Assembly (NCBI GenBank): GCA_964525815.1
Contig: CAZGJQ010000002.1
Span: 1-50,278, forward strand
DNA length: 50,278 nucleotides
Source: an uncultured Oscillospiraceae bacterium
GTDB taxonomy: Bacteria > Bacillota > Clostridia > Oscillospirales > CAG-382
Reading direction: 5' to 3'
A program made the translations under genes and the position numbers. Positions 1-10,444 of the stretch are shown here, in pieces. Under the pieces are notes generated by a model, which worked only from the letters and a program-made list of their open reading frames with translations, was not told where the DNA came from and did not search any database. How positions within the stretch are numbered: position 1 is the first letter of the stretch; the number at the start of each line of letters is the position of its first letter.

Positions 1-271
1 AGCCACCGTTACGCTCGTCGTAAATGGGTGCTATCACATTAAACAGCTTTGAAACAACACCTTCCTTTTTTAGGAATGACATCGCCTGTCTTTTGGCTGC
101 AAGCGTGTTTGCTTTGCCCAATGTAATCATTTTATCTGTAAGCGCACTGACTTCCTTAGCACGTGCATAGGTGGTCTCTATCTGTCCCTTTTCTAAAATG
201 AATGTAACCATACCCTTGAGCATTGATAATCTATGGTCCGTGCGCCTGCCTAATTTTCTCGTTCCAGGCAT
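1..271 (-). CDS. rplQ: 50S ribosomal protein L17 (3' end runs off the window)
   Basis: Not in ORF track (edge-truncated). Reverse translation from ATG at 271-269 reads MPGTRKLGRRTDHRLSMLKGMVTFILEKGQIETTYARAKEV..., the conserved L17 N-terminus. GGAGG lies 8 nt upstream. It follows rpoA as in the alpha operon. Confidence 0.85.
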   Translation of the reverse strand, partial: MPGTRKLGRRTDHRLSMLKGMVTFILEKGQIETTYARAKEVSALTDKMITLGKANTLAAKRQAMSFLKKEGVVSKLFNVIAPIYDERNGG

Positions 272-352
272 TTTCTTTGCCTCCTTTGTTAAAGTTTTCT
301 AACAAATGCAGTAAAACTGCAAAGTCAAATAACCGTCACCGCTAATTGCTTG

Positions 353-1303
353 TCAGTCATCTGATTTTCTTAAGGAAAGTCCCAGAGACTGCAGCTTCTG
401 GATAACCTCCTCAAGCGACTTTTTACCGAGGTTTCTAACCTTAATCATATCCTCCTCGGTACGGTTTATAAGATCCTCAACCGTATCTATGCCCGCACGC
501 TTTAAGCAGTTGAAGCTTCTTACCGACATATCCAGCTCCTCGATGGTCATCTCAAGAACCTTTTCCTTTATTGTTTCCTCCCGATCAACCATAATTTCTG
601 TGTTGATGGTTTCGGCGGAAAGCTCGATGAAAAGGTTTATATGCTCGCTCAAAATCCTTGCGGCAAGCGAAATTGCCTCCTTGGCGTTTATTGTTCCGTT
701 GGTGGATACCTCGAGTGTTAGCTTGTCATAGTCGGTTATATTCCCTACACGGGTATTAGACACCGCATAATTTACCTTATATACCGGAGTAAAAATAGAG
801 TCTGTGTAAATAATACCGATAATCGGGTTTTCCGCAGCCTGCTTATTCTTCTCTGCGGCAACATAACCTCGCCCGTTATCAAAGGTTATCTCCATAAAGA
901 AGGGATTACCCTCTTCAACGGTGGCGATATAATGATCGGGGTTTAAAATCTCAATATCCGAATCAACCTGTATGTCGCCTGCGGTAACCTCTCCCCCGCG
1001 TACATCGATAACGCAGGTCTTGGGACCCTGTCCGAAAAGCTTTGCTACAATGCCTTTAACATTAAGCACAATCTCCGGCACATCTTCCTTTACGCCGGGA
1101 ACAGTCGATATCTCATGCAATACGCCATCAATCTTAATGCTCGTTGCGGCAACACCCGGAAGTGAGCTTAAAAGTACTCTCCTAAGTGAGTTTCCAAGCG
1201 TTATACCGTAACCACGCTCAAGGGGTTCAATGATAAAGGTTCCGTGATTGCCGTCCTCGCTAAGCTCAGCGGTAACTATGCTCGGTCTCTCTATTTCGAT
1301 CAT
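353..1303 (-). CDS. rpoA: DNA-directed RNA polymerase subunit alpha
   Basis: 316-aa ORF with a typical alpha NTD and a C-terminal helix-hairpin-helix ([18 protein letters not shown]). Position between rpsD and rplQ. Confidence 0.97.
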   Translation of the reverse strand: MIEIERPSIVTAELSEDGNHGTFIIEPLERGYGITLGNSLRRVLLSSLPGVAATSIKIDGVLHEISTVPGVKEDVPEIVLNVKGIVAKLFGQGPKTCVIDVRGGEVTAGDIQVDSDIEILNPDHYIATVEEGNPFFMEITFDNGRGYVAAEKNKQAAENPIIGIIYTDSIFTPVYKVNYAVSNTRVGNITDYDKLTLEVSTNGTINAKEAISLAARILSEHINLFIELSAETINTEIMVDREETIKEKVLEMTIEELDMSVRSFNCLKRAGIDTVEDLINRTEEDMIKVRNLGKKSLEEVIQKLQSLGLSLRKSDD

Positions 1304-1358
1304 TAAATTAACCTCCTTTTGGTCGGTCGGCTCTATATAAAATTATAATAAGAGCTGA

Positions 1359-1991
1359 TTATTTCGAGTAAAGCTCTACGATTAAATGCTCCTCGAACGG
1401 GAAATCGACATCCTCTCTTGTGGGAAGAGCCGTTATTGTAGCGGTGATGCTTTCCTTATCAACACTCATCCAGCCCGGTACCGTCCTTGCGGTGATATTC
1501 TCGATAAGCACTTTAATCTTAGGGGATTTGCGGCTGCTCTCCTTGAGCGTGATAACATCGTCCTTACTTACAATATAGGACGGAATGTTAACCTTTTTAC
1601 CGTTTACTCTGAAATGACCGTGTCTGACGAGCTGACGAGCCTCTTTACGGCTCTCCGCCATACCCATGCGATAAACGACATTATCAAGACGCCTTTCAAT
1701 CATCGTAAGCAGGTTTTCACCTGTCTGACCGCCTTTTCTGTCCGCCTTGATAAAGTAGTTCTTAAACTGCTTTTCCAGAATGCCATAGTACCTCTTGGCC
1801 TTTTGCTTCTCGCGGAGCTGAAGTCCATACTCCTTAACTCTTCTCCTACCGGAGCCGGCACCGTGCTGTCCGGGAGCCTGACTTCTGCGAGCGACCGAGC
1901 ATTTGTCCGAATAGCATCTCTCGCCCTTCAGGAAAAGCTTTGTGCCTTCTCTGCGGCACTGTCTGCATACTGCACCTGTATATCTTGCCAT
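1359..1991 (-). CDS. rpsD: 30S ribosomal protein S4
   Basis: 210 aa starting [16 protein letters not shown]...CYSDKC (Cys-containing S4 N-terminus), plus an S4 RNA-binding domain. Syntenic. Confidence 0.97.
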   Translation of the reverse strand: MARYTGAVCRQCRREGTKLFLKGERCYSDKCSVARRSQAPGQHGAGSGRRRVKEYGLQLREKQKAKRYYGILEKQFKNYFIKADRKGGQTGENLLTMIERRLDNVVYRMGMAESRKEARQLVRHGHFRVNGKKVNIPSYIVSKDDVITLKESSRKSPKIKVLIENITARTVPGWMSVDKESITATITALPTREDVDFPFEEHLIVELYSK

Positions 1992-2016
1992 TTAATGACC
2001 TCCATTCATAATAGAA

Positions 2017-2415
2017 CTAAACACGCCTTCTCTTTGGCGGTCTGCAACCGTTGTGAGGAATGGGTGTTACGTCCTTAATCATACTGATTTCGAGACCGGC
2101 TACCTGTAAGGCTCTGATTGCCGCTTCTCTGCCTTGTCCGGGACCCTTGACATATACCTCCACCGATTTAAGACCATGATCCATAGCTGCCTTAGCCGCT
2201 GCCTCGGATGCCATCTGAGCCGCATAGGGAGTGGATTTACGGGAGCCTCTGTAACCGAGCTCTCCTGCCGAAGCCCATGAAATCGCATTACCCTTAACAT
2301 CCGTAATGGTAACAATGGTATTGTTGAAGCTGGAACGGATATGTGCCGCGCCCCGCTCTATATTCTTGCGCTCACGCCTTCTTTTTGTAATTGTTTTCTT
2401 CTGTGCTTTTGCCAT
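2017..2415 (-). CDS. rpsK: 30S ribosomal protein S11
   Basis: 132 aa, conserved [10 protein letters not shown]...[12 protein letters not shown] and a C-terminal [10 protein letters not shown]. Confidence 0.97.
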   Translation of the reverse strand: MAKAQKKTITKRRRERKNIERGAAHIRSSFNNTIVTITDVKGNAISWASAGELGYRGSRKSTPYAAQMASEAAAKAAMDHGLKSVEVYVKGPGQGREAAIRALQVAGLEISMIKDVTPIPHNGCRPPKRRRV

Positions 2416-2433
2416 ATGGTGCTATTCCCTCCT

Positions 2434-2802
2434 TTACTTCTTCTTATTAGCAATGGTTTTAACCGGACCTTTTCGGGTTCTGGCGTTTGTTTTGGTTCTC
2501 TGTCCTCTTACGGGCAGACCTTTTCTGTGCCTTACGCCGCGGTAGCAATCTATCTCAACCATTCTCTTTATGTTGAGAGCAACCTCACGCCGCAAATCAC
2601 CTTCGACAATATAGTTGTTCTCAATAGCATCACGAAGCTTTGCTATATCGTCCTCGGTTAAATCCTTTACACGAGTGTCGGGATTTACACCTGTCCTTTT
2701 CAATATTTCGTTTGAGCGGCTTCTTCCTATGCCATATATATAGCAAAGACCTATCTCAACACGCTTGGAGTTGGGAATATCAACACCGGAAATACGAGCC
2801 AT
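2434..2802 (-). CDS. rpsM: 30S ribosomal protein S13
   Basis: 122 aa, [10 protein letters not shown]...[23 protein letters not shown]. Confidence 0.97.
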   Translation of the reverse strand: MARISGVDIPNSKRVEIGLCYIYGIGRSRSNEILKRTGVNPDTRVKDLTEDDIAKLRDAIENNYIVEGDLRREVALNIKRMVEIDCYRGVRHRKGLPVRGQRTKTNARTRKGPVKTIANKKK

Positions 2803-2817
2803 ATTTACACCTCTCTC

Positions 2818-2931
2818 CTATCCTTGTTTTTGCTTATGCTTAGGATTTTCGCAAATGACCATTACCTTGCCCTTGCGTTTGATAATCTTGCACTTCTCGC
2901 AAATTTTTTTAACGGAAGGTTTTACTTTCAT
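2818..2931 (-). CDS. rpmJ: 50S ribosomal protein L36 (Cys-containing form)
   Basis: Below the ORF-track size cutoff. Hand translation gives [37 protein letters not shown] (37 aa), stop at 2818-2820. Lies between infA and rpsM. Confidence 0.9.
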   Translation of the reverse strand: MKVKPSVKKICEKCKIIKRKGKVMVICENPKHKQKQG

Positions 2932-2981
2932 TATTTTACCTCCAATAACGATTCTTTGAATTCCAAAAAAACAACGGAACC

Positions 2982-3200
2982 CTATTTTGAGCGGTATGTT
3001 ATCCTGCCCTGACTCAAATCGTAAACAGAAACCTCAACCGTGACCTTATCGCCCGGAAGTATTCTGATATAATGCATACGCATTTTACCCGAAATGTGCG
3101 CAGTAACAACATGCCCGTTGGATAAACGAACCTTGAAGACCGTGTTTGGCAGTACCTCTATAACTTCGCCTTCAAATTCAATAACATCATCTTTAGCCAG
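2982..3200 (-). CDS. infA: Translation initiation factor IF-1
   Basis: ORF contains (L)[71 protein letters not shown], 72 aa like canonical IF-1. The ORF-track Met at 3260 would add 20 unconserved residues and overlap the upstream gene. GAGGAGG sits 8 nt before the CTG at 3200, so the start codon is uncertain. Confidence 0.85.
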   Translation of the reverse strand: MAKDDVIEFEGEVIEVLPNTVFKVRLSNGHVVTAHISGKMRMHYIRILPGDKVTVEVSVYDLSQGRITYRSK

Positions 3201-3222
3201 AACAATTCCCTCCTCTGAACAA

Positions 3223-3531
3223 TTAAACCGTGTCGCAGGGTGTCTTTGCGTTATCCGCACAACAGCTCCTCAGCGCATTCTCAATCTCATTTATGCGCTC
3301 TCTGATAAACCTGTTGGTAAGCCTATCTCCTGGAAGCCTTAAAAGAAGCGAATCAACACCCGAAACCTTTTCTATATGCTTAAGCTTCTTCTTCTTGGGG
3401 GCTTCGGTCTTTCGGGTTCTTCCGTCGGCTATCAGAATATAATTCTCATCGACAACCTCGACGACAGCCGCAATTCTTCCCTTATCTCTGCCCGCAAGAG
3501 AAAAAACCATTGTACCTAAATAATTATCCAT
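3223..3531 (-). CDS. Small KOW-domain RNA-binding protein
   Basis: 102 aa with a KOW-like [11 protein letters not shown] segment. Occupies the map-infA slot where Clostridia usually carry such a gene. Confidence 0.6.
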   Translation of the reverse strand: MDNYLGTMVFSLAGRDKGRIAAVVEVVDENYILIADGRTRKTEAPKKKKLKHIEKVSGVDSLLLRLPGDRLTNRFIRERINEIENALRSCCADNAKTPCDTV

Positions 3532-3553
3532 AAACAGTTAATCCATTCCCTGA

Positions 3554-4303
3554 TCAGGTTGGGTCGGTCAGTATCAGGACACCATTTTCGGTGACGGCCA
3601 CCGTATTTTCATAGTGAGCCGAAAGCCCTCCGTCACAGGTTACGACAGTCCATTTGTTTTCAAGTATCCTTACCTGCTCACTTCCGACGGTTATCATGGG
3701 CTCAACCGCAAGGGTCATTCCGTTCTGAATTCTGGGTCCTCGTCCAGCTTCACCGAAGTTGGGTATATCCGGTCCCTCGTGTAGATTCTTGCCCACTCCG
3801 TGTCCGATGAATTCACGAACTACCCCGAAACCGTTTTTGGTTGCATATTCATAAACGGCGTTTGAAACGTCTCCGATTCTTCCGTTTTCACTGATTGCGG
3901 CAATACCCTCATAGAAGCAACGCTCGGTAACCTCGATAAGTCTCTTTGCTTCATCACTGATAGCTCCGACCGCAAAGGTTGCGGCACAATCCCCGTGAAA
4001 TCCATTGAAGAAGGCACCGACATCCACCTTTACAATATCACCTTCTTGTAAAACTCTGTCGGACGGAATACCGTGTATAACCTCGTCGTTAACACTGATG
4101 CATGCACTGGCAGGAAAACCTCCGTAGCCCAGAAAGGAGGGCTTTGCACCGTGTGCAAGGATGCACTCCTTTACCTTGGTGTCTATAGAGCGGGTGGTTG
4201 CCCCCTCCTTTACACAGGCTCCTGCAACCTCGCGAGCCTTGGCGGCGATTCTGCCCGCAGCTCTCATCAGCTCAATTTCGGCATGGCTTTTTATAGTTAT
4301 CAT
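3554..4303 (-). CDS. map: Type I methionyl aminopeptidase
   Basis: 249 aa with MetAP metal-site contexts (DIVKVDVGAFFNGFHGD, GHGVG, LAVEPM). Confidence 0.95.
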   Translation of the reverse strand: MITIKSHAEIELMRAAGRIAAKAREVAGACVKEGATTRSIDTKVKECILAHGAKPSFLGYGGFPASACISVNDEVIHGIPSDRVLQEGDIVKVDVGAFFNGFHGDCAATFAVGAISDEAKRLIEVTERCFYEGIAAISENGRIGDVSNAVYEYATKNGFGVVREFIGHGVGKNLHEGPDIPNFGEAGRGPRIQNGMTLAVEPMITVGSEQVRILENKWTVVTCDGGLSAHYENTVAVTENGVLILTDPT

Positions 4304-4305
4304 AG

Positions 4306-4941
4306 CTAGTCAAGACCCAGTGCCGCTTTGGTAAGACGAGTCGTATCCTCAAGCTTATCCTGTCCGATGACTGTTTTCACAAGTCCCTTTTTAGAATAAT
4401 AATCCTTGAGCGGAGCTGTTTCGCAGTGATAAGTCTCCAGTCTGTTTTTTACAACCTCCGGCTTATCATCCTTCCTTACGGTAAGCTCTGCTCCGCATTT
4501 GTCGCAGGTCTTGTTATCCTCGGTGGGATTATACTCAATATGATAAGTCGCACCACAGGCAGGACAGGTTCTCCTTCCGCTCATACGGGTTACTATAGTC
4601 TCGTCCGGAACCTCAATTGAGAGTACCGCATCTATCTTAACCTCCAAAGCGTCCAATGCCTGAGCCTGAGGAATCGTTCTCGGAAAACCGTCAAGTATAA
4701 AACCGTTTTTGCAATCCGGCTGACTCAGCCGCTCCCTGATGATTCCTATAACAATTTCATCGGAAACCAATGCACCCGACTCGATTGCACTTTTGGCTGC
4801 CTTACCCATCTCCGTTCCGTTTTTTATTGCTTCACGGATTATATTTCCGGTTGAAATAGTGGGTATTTTAAGCAGGTTGCTTATTATCTCCGCTTGGGTA
4901 CCCTTACCGGCACCGGGAGGACCGAACAGTATAATATTCAT
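4306..4941 (-). CDS. adk: Adenylate kinase (zinc-lid form)
   Basis: P-loop GPPGAGKGTQ and lid CPACG...CDKCG. The start is taken at the MNIILFGPPG Met (4941); the ORF-track start at 4953 adds 4 residues. Confidence 0.93.
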   Translation of the reverse strand: MNIILFGPPGAGKGTQAEIISNLLKIPTISTGNIIREAIKNGTEMGKAAKSAIESGALVSDEIVIGIIRERLSQPDCKNGFILDGFPRTIPQAQALDALEVKIDAVLSIEVPDETIVTRMSGRRTCPACGATYHIEYNPTEDNKTCDKCGAELTVRKDDKPEVVKNRLETYHCETAPLKDYYSKKGLVKTVIGQDKLEDTTRLTKAALGLD

Positions 4942-5022
4942 AATATCAATCATTCCTTTAATATGCTTGGAAATTGTGCGGTTAAGTACAATTCCTTAAC
5001 CGGAGGATTTAACCTCCGAATC

Positions 5023-6321
5023 TTATTCAAGGAATCCCTTGTAGTGGCGCATTGTAATCTCGCTCTCTATATCACGGGTGGTTTCGAGAGCAACGCCCAC
5101 AATAATTATCAGGGATGTTCCTCCGAAAATCAGGGATCTGAAGCTGTCGCTTCCCGTCCAGGACATCAGAATCGGGAACACCGACATAAACGCCAGGAAG
5201 AAAGCACCCAAAAGGGTTATTCTGTTAAGAACCTTCCTGATGTAATCGGCAGTCGGCTTACCCGGTCTGTATCCGAGAATGGTACCGCCGTTCTTCTTCA
5301 GATTATTCGCAACCTCAACGGGGTTAAAGGAAATGCTGATATAGAAGAATGCGAAAGCAAGTATGAGAAGAAAATCGATTGTTACATATATCCAGCCCCA
5401 GTCCGGTCTCTGCGGGGAGAAATACTTTGTAATAAAGGGTTCCCAGTTAGGAACAAGCAATGCGAGAGTGCTGGGTAAGCTGGAAATCGCATTTGCAAAG
5501 ATAATGGGCATAACACCGCTCATCAAAACCTTAATGGGCAGGTTTGTGTTCATTCCACCATACATTTTTCTTCCGACCTGTCTTTTTGCATACTGGACAG
5601 GAAGTCTTCTCTCTGATTTTGATATGAAAACGATAAGAGTAATAATTCCTATCATCATAAGCAAGGCCGCTATAGCAAATACTGTTTCTCTTCCGAGATA
5701 TTCATAGAACAATATCAGCTTAAATGCCAGTCCTGCAGTAATGTTGGCAAACAGTATTATTGAAATACCGTTTCCTATGCCCTTTTCGTCTATCTTTTCA
5801 CCAATCCACATTACCACACAGGCACCCGCTGTATATGCGACAAGCATTACTATCATCGAAAACCAGCCGGTATCCGAAAGAATCCTCGCTCCGCTATCCA
5901 GTCTTGTATTTTTCATTGTAGTGTAGTAACCGAAGGAGGTGATAAGAGCCAACGCAACCGTTACATAACGGGTTATCTTAGAGATCTTCGCCTGTCCGTC
6001 CGGTCCGCTTTTCTGCAGCTTTTCGAGTGCTGGAATGGCTATTGTTAAAAGCTGCATAACGATGGACGCGGTAATGTAAGGGCTTACACCCAAGGCAAAC
6101 AATGTCGCTTTCGAAAACGCTTCGCCGGACAGCATATTAAAGTATCCGAGCAACGAACCCTGTACTCCTTCTCCCGAAAACCATTCCTGCATTGACGAGC
6201 TGTCAACGAAAGGAACAGGGATTGCGGTACCGATTCTGAACAGAACAATGATAAAAAGGGTAAACAGCATCTTCTTTTTTAGATCATCAATTCTCCATGC
6301 GTTTCTGTATGTTTGCCACAT
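5023..6321 (-). CDS. secY: Preprotein translocase subunit SecY
   Basis: 432 aa, polytopic membrane protein with SecY blocks. Directly abuts the rplO stop. Confidence 0.97.
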   Translation of the reverse strand: MWQTYRNAWRIDDLKKKMLFTLFIIVLFRIGTAIPVPFVDSSSMQEWFSGEGVQGSLLGYFNMLSGEAFSKATLFALGVSPYITASIVMQLLTIAIPALEKLQKSGPDGQAKISKITRYVTVALALITSFGYYTTMKNTRLDSGARILSDTGWFSMIVMLVAYTAGACVVMWIGEKIDEKGIGNGISIILFANITAGLAFKLILFYEYLGRETVFAIAALLMMIGIITLIVFISKSERRLPVQYAKRQVGRKMYGGMNTNLPIKVLMSGVMPIIFANAISSLPSTLALLVPNWEPFITKYFSPQRPDWGWIYVTIDFLLILAFAFFYISISFNPVEVANNLKKNGGTILGYRPGKPTADYIRKVLNRITLLGAFFLAFMSVFPILMSWTGSDSFRSLIFGGTSLIIIVGVALETTRDIESEITMRHYKGFLE

Positions 6322-6762
6322 TTATACCACCTCTGCCTTTCCGCCCGTGGCTTCAATCTTTTCCTTTGCAGATGCAGAAAAAATTGCTGCTTTGACGGTC
6401 AATGCTTTGGATATATCCCCGTTTCCGAGAACCTTAAGTCCGTCGAACTCCTTCTTGGTTATACCGCTCTCTATTAATGTGTTTATATCTATAACCGAGC
6501 CGGCGTCAAACCTTTCAAGATCCGACACATTTATTATAGCGTACTTTTTCGAAAAATGATTCTTGAAACCTCTTTTTGGAAGTTTCCTGTACAACGGAAG
6601 CTGACCGCCCTCGAAGCCCGGTCTTACACCGCCGCCCGAGCGTGCGTTCTGACCCTTATGACCTCTACCCGCCGTCTTACCGTTGCCGCTGCCGGGTCCT
6701 CTTCCCTTGCGGAAGTTCTTTTTTGTGGAGCCGGTAGCCGGAGAAAGCTCGTGAAGCTTCAT
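6322..6762 (-). CDS. rplO: 50S ribosomal protein L15
   Basis: 146 aa, [35 protein letters not shown]. Confidence 0.96.
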   Translation of the reverse strand: MKLHELSPATGSTKKNFRKGRGPGSGNGKTAGRGHKGQNARSGGGVRPGFEGGQLPLYRKLPKRGFKNHFSKKYAIINVSDLERFDAGSVIDINTLIESGITKKEFDGLKVLGNGDISKALTVKAAIFSASAKEKIEATGGKAEVV

Positions 6763-6798
6763 ATTTTGTCCTCCTGTTCAAAAATTCTTTAGAGATTC

Positions 6799-6978
6799 CT
6801 ATGCTTCCTCAACGCTTATAAGATGGGATATAACATTAATCTTTCCCTCGGTTGGAGCGTCCTTTTCTACAACCTTGGAGCTGCCTACCTTTCTTAAACC
6901 AAGCGAATGCGCCGTAAGAATCTGGTTCTTTTTACAGCCGATAAGACTTTTTGTAAGAGTAAGCTTTACCTTTGCCAT
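6799..6978 (-). CDS. rpmD: 50S ribosomal protein L30
   Basis: Below the ORF-track cutoff. Hand translation gives MAKVKLTLTKSLIGCKKNQILTAHSLGLRKVGSSKVVEKDAPTEGKINVISHLISVEEA (59 aa). Lies between rpsE and rplO. Confidence 0.88.
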   Translation of the reverse strand: MAKVKLTLTKSLIGCKKNQILTAHSLGLRKVGSSKVVEKDAPTEGKINVISHLISVEEA

Positions 6979-6992
6979 TATGCTTCCTCCTC

Positions 6993-7544
6993 CTAACTGT
7001 TATTTGCCTGGACTGCGGCTGCTCCCGCATTCTCCGAACCGGTAACCGCCTCCACGCTGATACCGCGAATACGAGCTACTTCATCTGCGGTGCGAAGCTC
7101 CTTGAGCGCCTCGAATGTTGCTTTTACTACATTTATCGGGTTGTTCGAACGAAGGGATTTTGCACGAATATCACGAATACCCGCCATTTCAAGAACGGCA
7201 CGCATTTTTCCGCCCGCAATAACTCCCGTACCGGGAGCCGCAGGCTTCATAAGCACTCTTCCCGCTCCGTATTCGCCGATAATCTCATGCGGAATAGTGG
7301 TTCCCCTGAGCGAAACCTTAATTATATTTCTCTTTGCTGCCTCAATCGCTTTTCTGATCGCTTCGGGTACTTCGGCAGCCTTTCCGAGACCGTATCCGAC
7401 ATGACCGTTTCCGTCACCGACCACAACCAGTGCGGAAAACCTTGCTATTCGACCGCCCTTTACGGTTTTGCAAACCCGCTTTGTATCGATAAGATTTTCT
7501 TTTAAATCCAAGGTTGTATAATCTATCTTCATGTTTTTGAGCAT
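6993..7544 (-). CDS. rpsE: 30S ribosomal protein S5
   Basis: Contains [44 protein letters not shown]. The ORF-track start (7592) is a TTG with an unconserved extension. ATG at 7544 or 7532 fits S5 length better. Confidence 0.92.
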   Translation of the reverse strand: MLKNMKIDYTTLDLKENLIDTKRVCKTVKGGRIARFSALVVVGDGNGHVGYGLGKAAEVPEAIRKAIEAAKRNIIKVSLRGTTIPHEIIGEYGAGRVLMKPAAPGTGVIAGGKMRAVLEMAGIRDIRAKSLRSNNPINVVKATFEALKELRTADEVARIRGISVEAVTGSENAGAAAVQANNS

Positions 7545-7601
7545 TCCTTTCCTCGGCACTTGTGCCGAAAATTCGAAAGTTTTATCCTTCAAATTTTCCT
7601 C

Positions 7602-7961
7602 CTAAAAGTTAAGTCCGGCTTCACGGGCACCGTTGGCGAGCTCCATAACACGACCGTGATAAAGATAACCGCCTCTGTCGAACACCACATTTGTGATACC
7701 CTTTTCCAAGGCTCGCTTTGCCGCAAGCTCTCCTACCTTTTTGGCGGATGCCTTGTTGCCGCCCTCTTTGCCGAATTCGGACTCAACGCTGGAGGCCGAT
7801 ACTAAGGTTTTTCCGGCAGTATCATCGATAATTTGCACATAGATATTCTGGCTGGAGCGGTATACACACATACGAGGTCTCTCTGCCGTACCTTTTATCT
7901 TCGCTCTTACTCTTTTATGCCGCTTCAGTCGTCTTTTATTACTGTCAACACGATTAACCAT
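7602..7961 (-). CDS. rplR: 50S ribosomal protein L18
   Basis: 119 aa, [38 protein letters not shown]...[11 protein letters not shown]. Confidence 0.96.
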   Translation of the reverse strand: MVNRVDSNKRRLKRHKRVRAKIKGTAERPRMCVYRSSQNIYVQIIDDTAGKTLVSASSVESEFGKEGGNKASAKKVGELAAKRALEKGITNVVFDRGGYLYHGRVMELANGAREAGLNF

Positions 7962-7982
7962 AAAACAAACTCTCCTTTCTCA

Positions 7983-8522
7983 TTAAGTACCGGCTTTACC
8001 GGTCTTGCGCCTTATTCTCTCATCGGAATACTTGATACCCTTGCCGAGATAAGGCTCAGGAGGTCTCTTTTTCCTTATTTCCGCAGCAATATGTCCTACC
8101 TGCTGCTTATCCGGACCGCTTACTATAACGGTGTTTGGCTGCGGTACATCGAAGGTTATACCCTCCGGTTCGTCAAAAACAACATTATGGGAATATCCTA
8201 AATTTAATACAAGCTGTTTTCCCTGCTTTGCTGCCTTATATCCTACTCCGTTAATCTCGAGCTGCTTCTTGTAGCCCTCGGTTACACCGAAAACCATGTT
8301 AAAAATCAGTGATCTTGAAAGCCCGTGGAGCGCTCTGTCCTTCTTTTCGTCAGTCGGACGCTTAACGGTTATAGTGTCGTTCTCAAGGCTGACTGCCATT
8401 TCCTTAGGTATAATTTGAGAAAGGGTTCCTTTGGGTCCCTTGACGGTAACGAGATTTTCCTCTCCCACTGTTACGGAAACTCCCGCAGGAACAGTGATGG
8501 GCATTTTGCCTATTCTTGACAT
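7983..8522 (-). CDS. rplF: 50S ribosomal protein L6
   Basis: 179 aa, MSRIGKMPITVPAGVSV...KGPKGTL...PYLGKGIKY. Confidence 0.96.
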   Translation of the reverse strand: MSRIGKMPITVPAGVSVTVGEENLVTVKGPKGTLSQIIPKEMAVSLENDTITVKRPTDEKKDRALHGLSRSLIFNMVFGVTEGYKKQLEINGVGYKAAKQGKQLVLNLGYSHNVVFDEPEGITFDVPQPNTVIVSGPDKQQVGHIAAEIRKKRPPEPYLGKGIKYSDERIRRKTGKAGT

Positions 8523-8534
8523 TATTCTACCTCC

Positions 8535-8933
8535 CTACCATACAAAGGCGAGTACTTCGCCGCCGATGTTCTCTTTACGCGCTTTTTTGTCCGACATTAC
8601 ACCCTTGGAGGTGGATATTATCGCAACACCTAATCCGTTCATAACCTTGGGTATATCCTGACTTGCGGCGTAAATTCTGAGTCCGGGCTTTGAAACCCTG
8701 CGAAGTCCCTGTATTATTCTTGATTTTCCATCGCCGTACTTGAGGGTTACGGTAATTATACCCTGTTTGTTGTCCTCTTTAACCGTAAAACCCTTTATAT
8801 AGCCCTCGTCTACCAGTATCTGAGCGATTGCCTTCTTCAAATTGGAAGCAGGAATGTCAACAGTTTCATGCTTTGCCGAATTGGCATTGCGTATCCTTGT
8901 GAGCATATCTGCTACTACATCAGTTATTTGCAT
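8535..8933 (-). CDS. rpsH: 30S ribosomal protein S8
   Basis: 132 aa, [13 protein letters not shown]...[33 protein letters not shown]. Confidence 0.96.
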   Translation of the reverse strand: MQITDVVADMLTRIRNANSAKHETVDIPASNLKKAIAQILVDEGYIKGFTVKEDNKQGIITVTLKYGDGKSRIIQGLRRVSKPGLRIYAASQDIPKVMNGLGVAIISTSKGVMSDKKARKENIGGEVLAFVW

Positions 8934-8945
8934 TTTGTATCCTCC

Positions 8946-9131
8946 TTACCAACTTGCTTTCTTAACGCCGGGTATCTGACCCTTATGGGCAAGATTCCGG
9001 AAACAAATACGACATATACCGTACTTGCGAAGATAAGCATGAGGTCTGCCACATATCTTACACCTGTTATAAGCACGGGTAGAATACTTAGGCTGCTTTT
9101 GCTGTTTTAAGATCATTGCTTTCTTTGCCAT
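8946..9131 (-). CDS. rpsN: 30S ribosomal protein S14, type Z (zinc form)
   Basis: 61 aa with [22 protein letters not shown] (CxxC...CxxC). Confidence 0.95.
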   Translation of the reverse strand: MAKKAMILKQQKQPKYSTRAYNRCKICGRPHAYLRKYGICRICFRNLAHKGQIPGVKKASW

Positions 9132-9145
9132 TTGTACTTACCTCC

Positions 9146-9688
9146 CTAAACTCTTTGAAACGGTGCGCCCAGCAGAGTTAAAAGCTCTCTTGCTTCTTCA
9201 TCGTTCTGAGCCGACGTTACAAACACTATGTCCATGCCTCTTATTTTATCTACATTATCGTACTCAATTTCGGGGAAAATAAGCTGCTCCTTGATTCCTA
9301 AGGAGTAGTTCCCCCTGCCGTCGAACGAGTTATTGCTGATACCCTTGAAGTCCCGTACTCTCGGCAAAGCTAAATTGAAGAACTTGTCAACAAACTCATA
9401 CATTACTTCTGCTCTGAGAGTAACCTTTGCGCCAACCTTTGAACCGGCACGAAGCTTAAAGTTGGAAACCGACTTCTTTGCGGTGGTCGAAACTGCCTTC
9501 TGTCCGGTTATTAATGAAAGGTCGTTTACAATACTGTCTATTACCTTTGGGTTATCCTTAGCGTCTCCTGCTCCGATGTTTATTATTACCTTTTCGAGGC
9601 GCGGTATCTGCATCGGACTCTTGTAATTGAACTTCTTCATCAAGGCAGGGGCAACTTCGCTCTTATAATATTCTTTAAGTCTTGACAT
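9146..9688 (-). CDS. rplE: 50S ribosomal protein L5
   Basis: 180 aa, [39 protein letters not shown]. Confidence 0.96.
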   Translation of the reverse strand: MSRLKEYYKSEVAPALMKKFNYKSPMQIPRLEKVIINIGAGDAKDNPKVIDSIVNDLSLITGQKAVSTTAKKSVSNFKLRAGSKVGAKVTLRAEVMYEFVDKFFNLALPRVRDFKGISNNSFDGRGNYSLGIKEQLIFPEIEYDNVDKIRGMDIVFVTSAQNDEEARELLTLLGAPFQRV

Positions 9689-9706
9689 ATTTCATCCTCC
9701 CCCGCT

Positions 9707-10045
9707 TTACAGAGTCTCGTCGCAATGGACGCAAACCCTGATTCTCTCGTTGTTTTCTGTCTTTTTATGCTTAACCCTGACGCCTTTTTCACACTTAGGG
9801 CAATATAGCTGAACCTTACTTGCATAAAGTGCGCTCTCTGCCTTTATAATTCCGCCCGGCTGTCCCTGCTTCTTTGGCTTTACATGCTTAGAAACCATGC
9901 AGGCGCCTTCGACGATAACCTTGCCCTCCTTGGGCGAAACGCCGATGACCTTGCCGATTGTTTTTTCCTTTCCGGCTGCATACTTTCCGGAAATTATAAC
10001 AACCGTATCGCCGGTTTTTATATGCAATTTTTTGTTATTATTCAT
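9707..10045 (-). CDS. rplX: 50S ribosomal protein L24 with a Cys4 C-terminal motif
   Basis: KOW core HIKTGDTVVIISGKYAAGK. The start is taken at ATG 10045, preceded by GGGAGG; the ORF-track GTG at 10063 overlaps the rplN stop. The C-terminus carries CPKC...CVHC. Confidence 0.93.
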   Translation of the reverse strand: MNNNKKLHIKTGDTVVIISGKYAAGKEKTIGKVIGVSPKEGKVIVEGACMVSKHVKPKKQGQPGGIIKAESALYASKVQLYCPKCEKGVRVKHKKTENNERIRVCVHCDETL

Positions 10046-10062
10046 ATTTCTGTTACCTCCCA

Positions 10063-10431
10063 CTATACGACTTCTGGTGCCAAGGAGAGTATTTTCATAT
10101 AATCCTTTTCACGAAGCTCACGGGCAACCGGTCCGAAAATACGGGTTCCTCTCGGATTCTTGTCCTCTTTTATAATAACTGCTGCATTGTCGTCGAATCT
10201 CACAAACGAACCGTCCGCTCTGCGTGTTCTCTGAACCGTTCTTACAATAACCGCTCTGACAACCTCGCCCTTCTTGACAACGCCGCCGGGAACCGCTTTT
10301 TTCACCGAGCAAACGACCACATCACCAATCCCGCCGTAGCGTCTTCCTGTGCCGCCAAGTACTCGGATGCACATGAGCTCTTTCGCACCGGTGTTATCGG
10401 CAACCTTCATATATGATTGTTGCTGTATCAT
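10063..10431 (-). CDS. rplN: 50S ribosomal protein L14
   Basis: 122 aa, [27 protein letters not shown]. Confidence 0.97.
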   Translation of the reverse strand: MIQQQSYMKVADNTGAKELMCIRVLGGTGRRYGGIGDVVVCSVKKAVPGGVVKKGEVVRAVIVRTVQRTRRADGSFVRFDDNAAVIIKEDKNPRGTRIFGPVARELREKDYMKILSLAPEVV

Positions 10432-10444
10432 AATGTACCTCCTG

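Noticed and set aside
1386-2078. 230-aa plus-strand ORF antisense to rpsD. Similar long antisense ORFs occur at 4894-5478, 6972-7505, 10641-11168, 11494-11976 and 13860-14258.
   Set aside because: All lie entirely within highly conserved ribosomal or secY genes on the other strand. They have no SD, and their Leu/Ser/Cys-rich junk-like composition is typical of shadow ORFs.
3201-3260. N-terminal 20-codon extension of the infA ORF from the track's Met.
   Set aside because: It is unconserved ([20 protein letters not shown]), overlaps the KOW gene and contains the SD for the downstream start. It was kept only as an alternative in the infA finding.
7553-7568. Perfect palindrome TCGGCAC-TT-GTGCCGA between rplR and the likely rpsE start.
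   Set aside because: It is only 6-7 bp with a minimal loop, inside a 57-nt spacer. That is too small to assign a function, though it could modulate rpsE translation.
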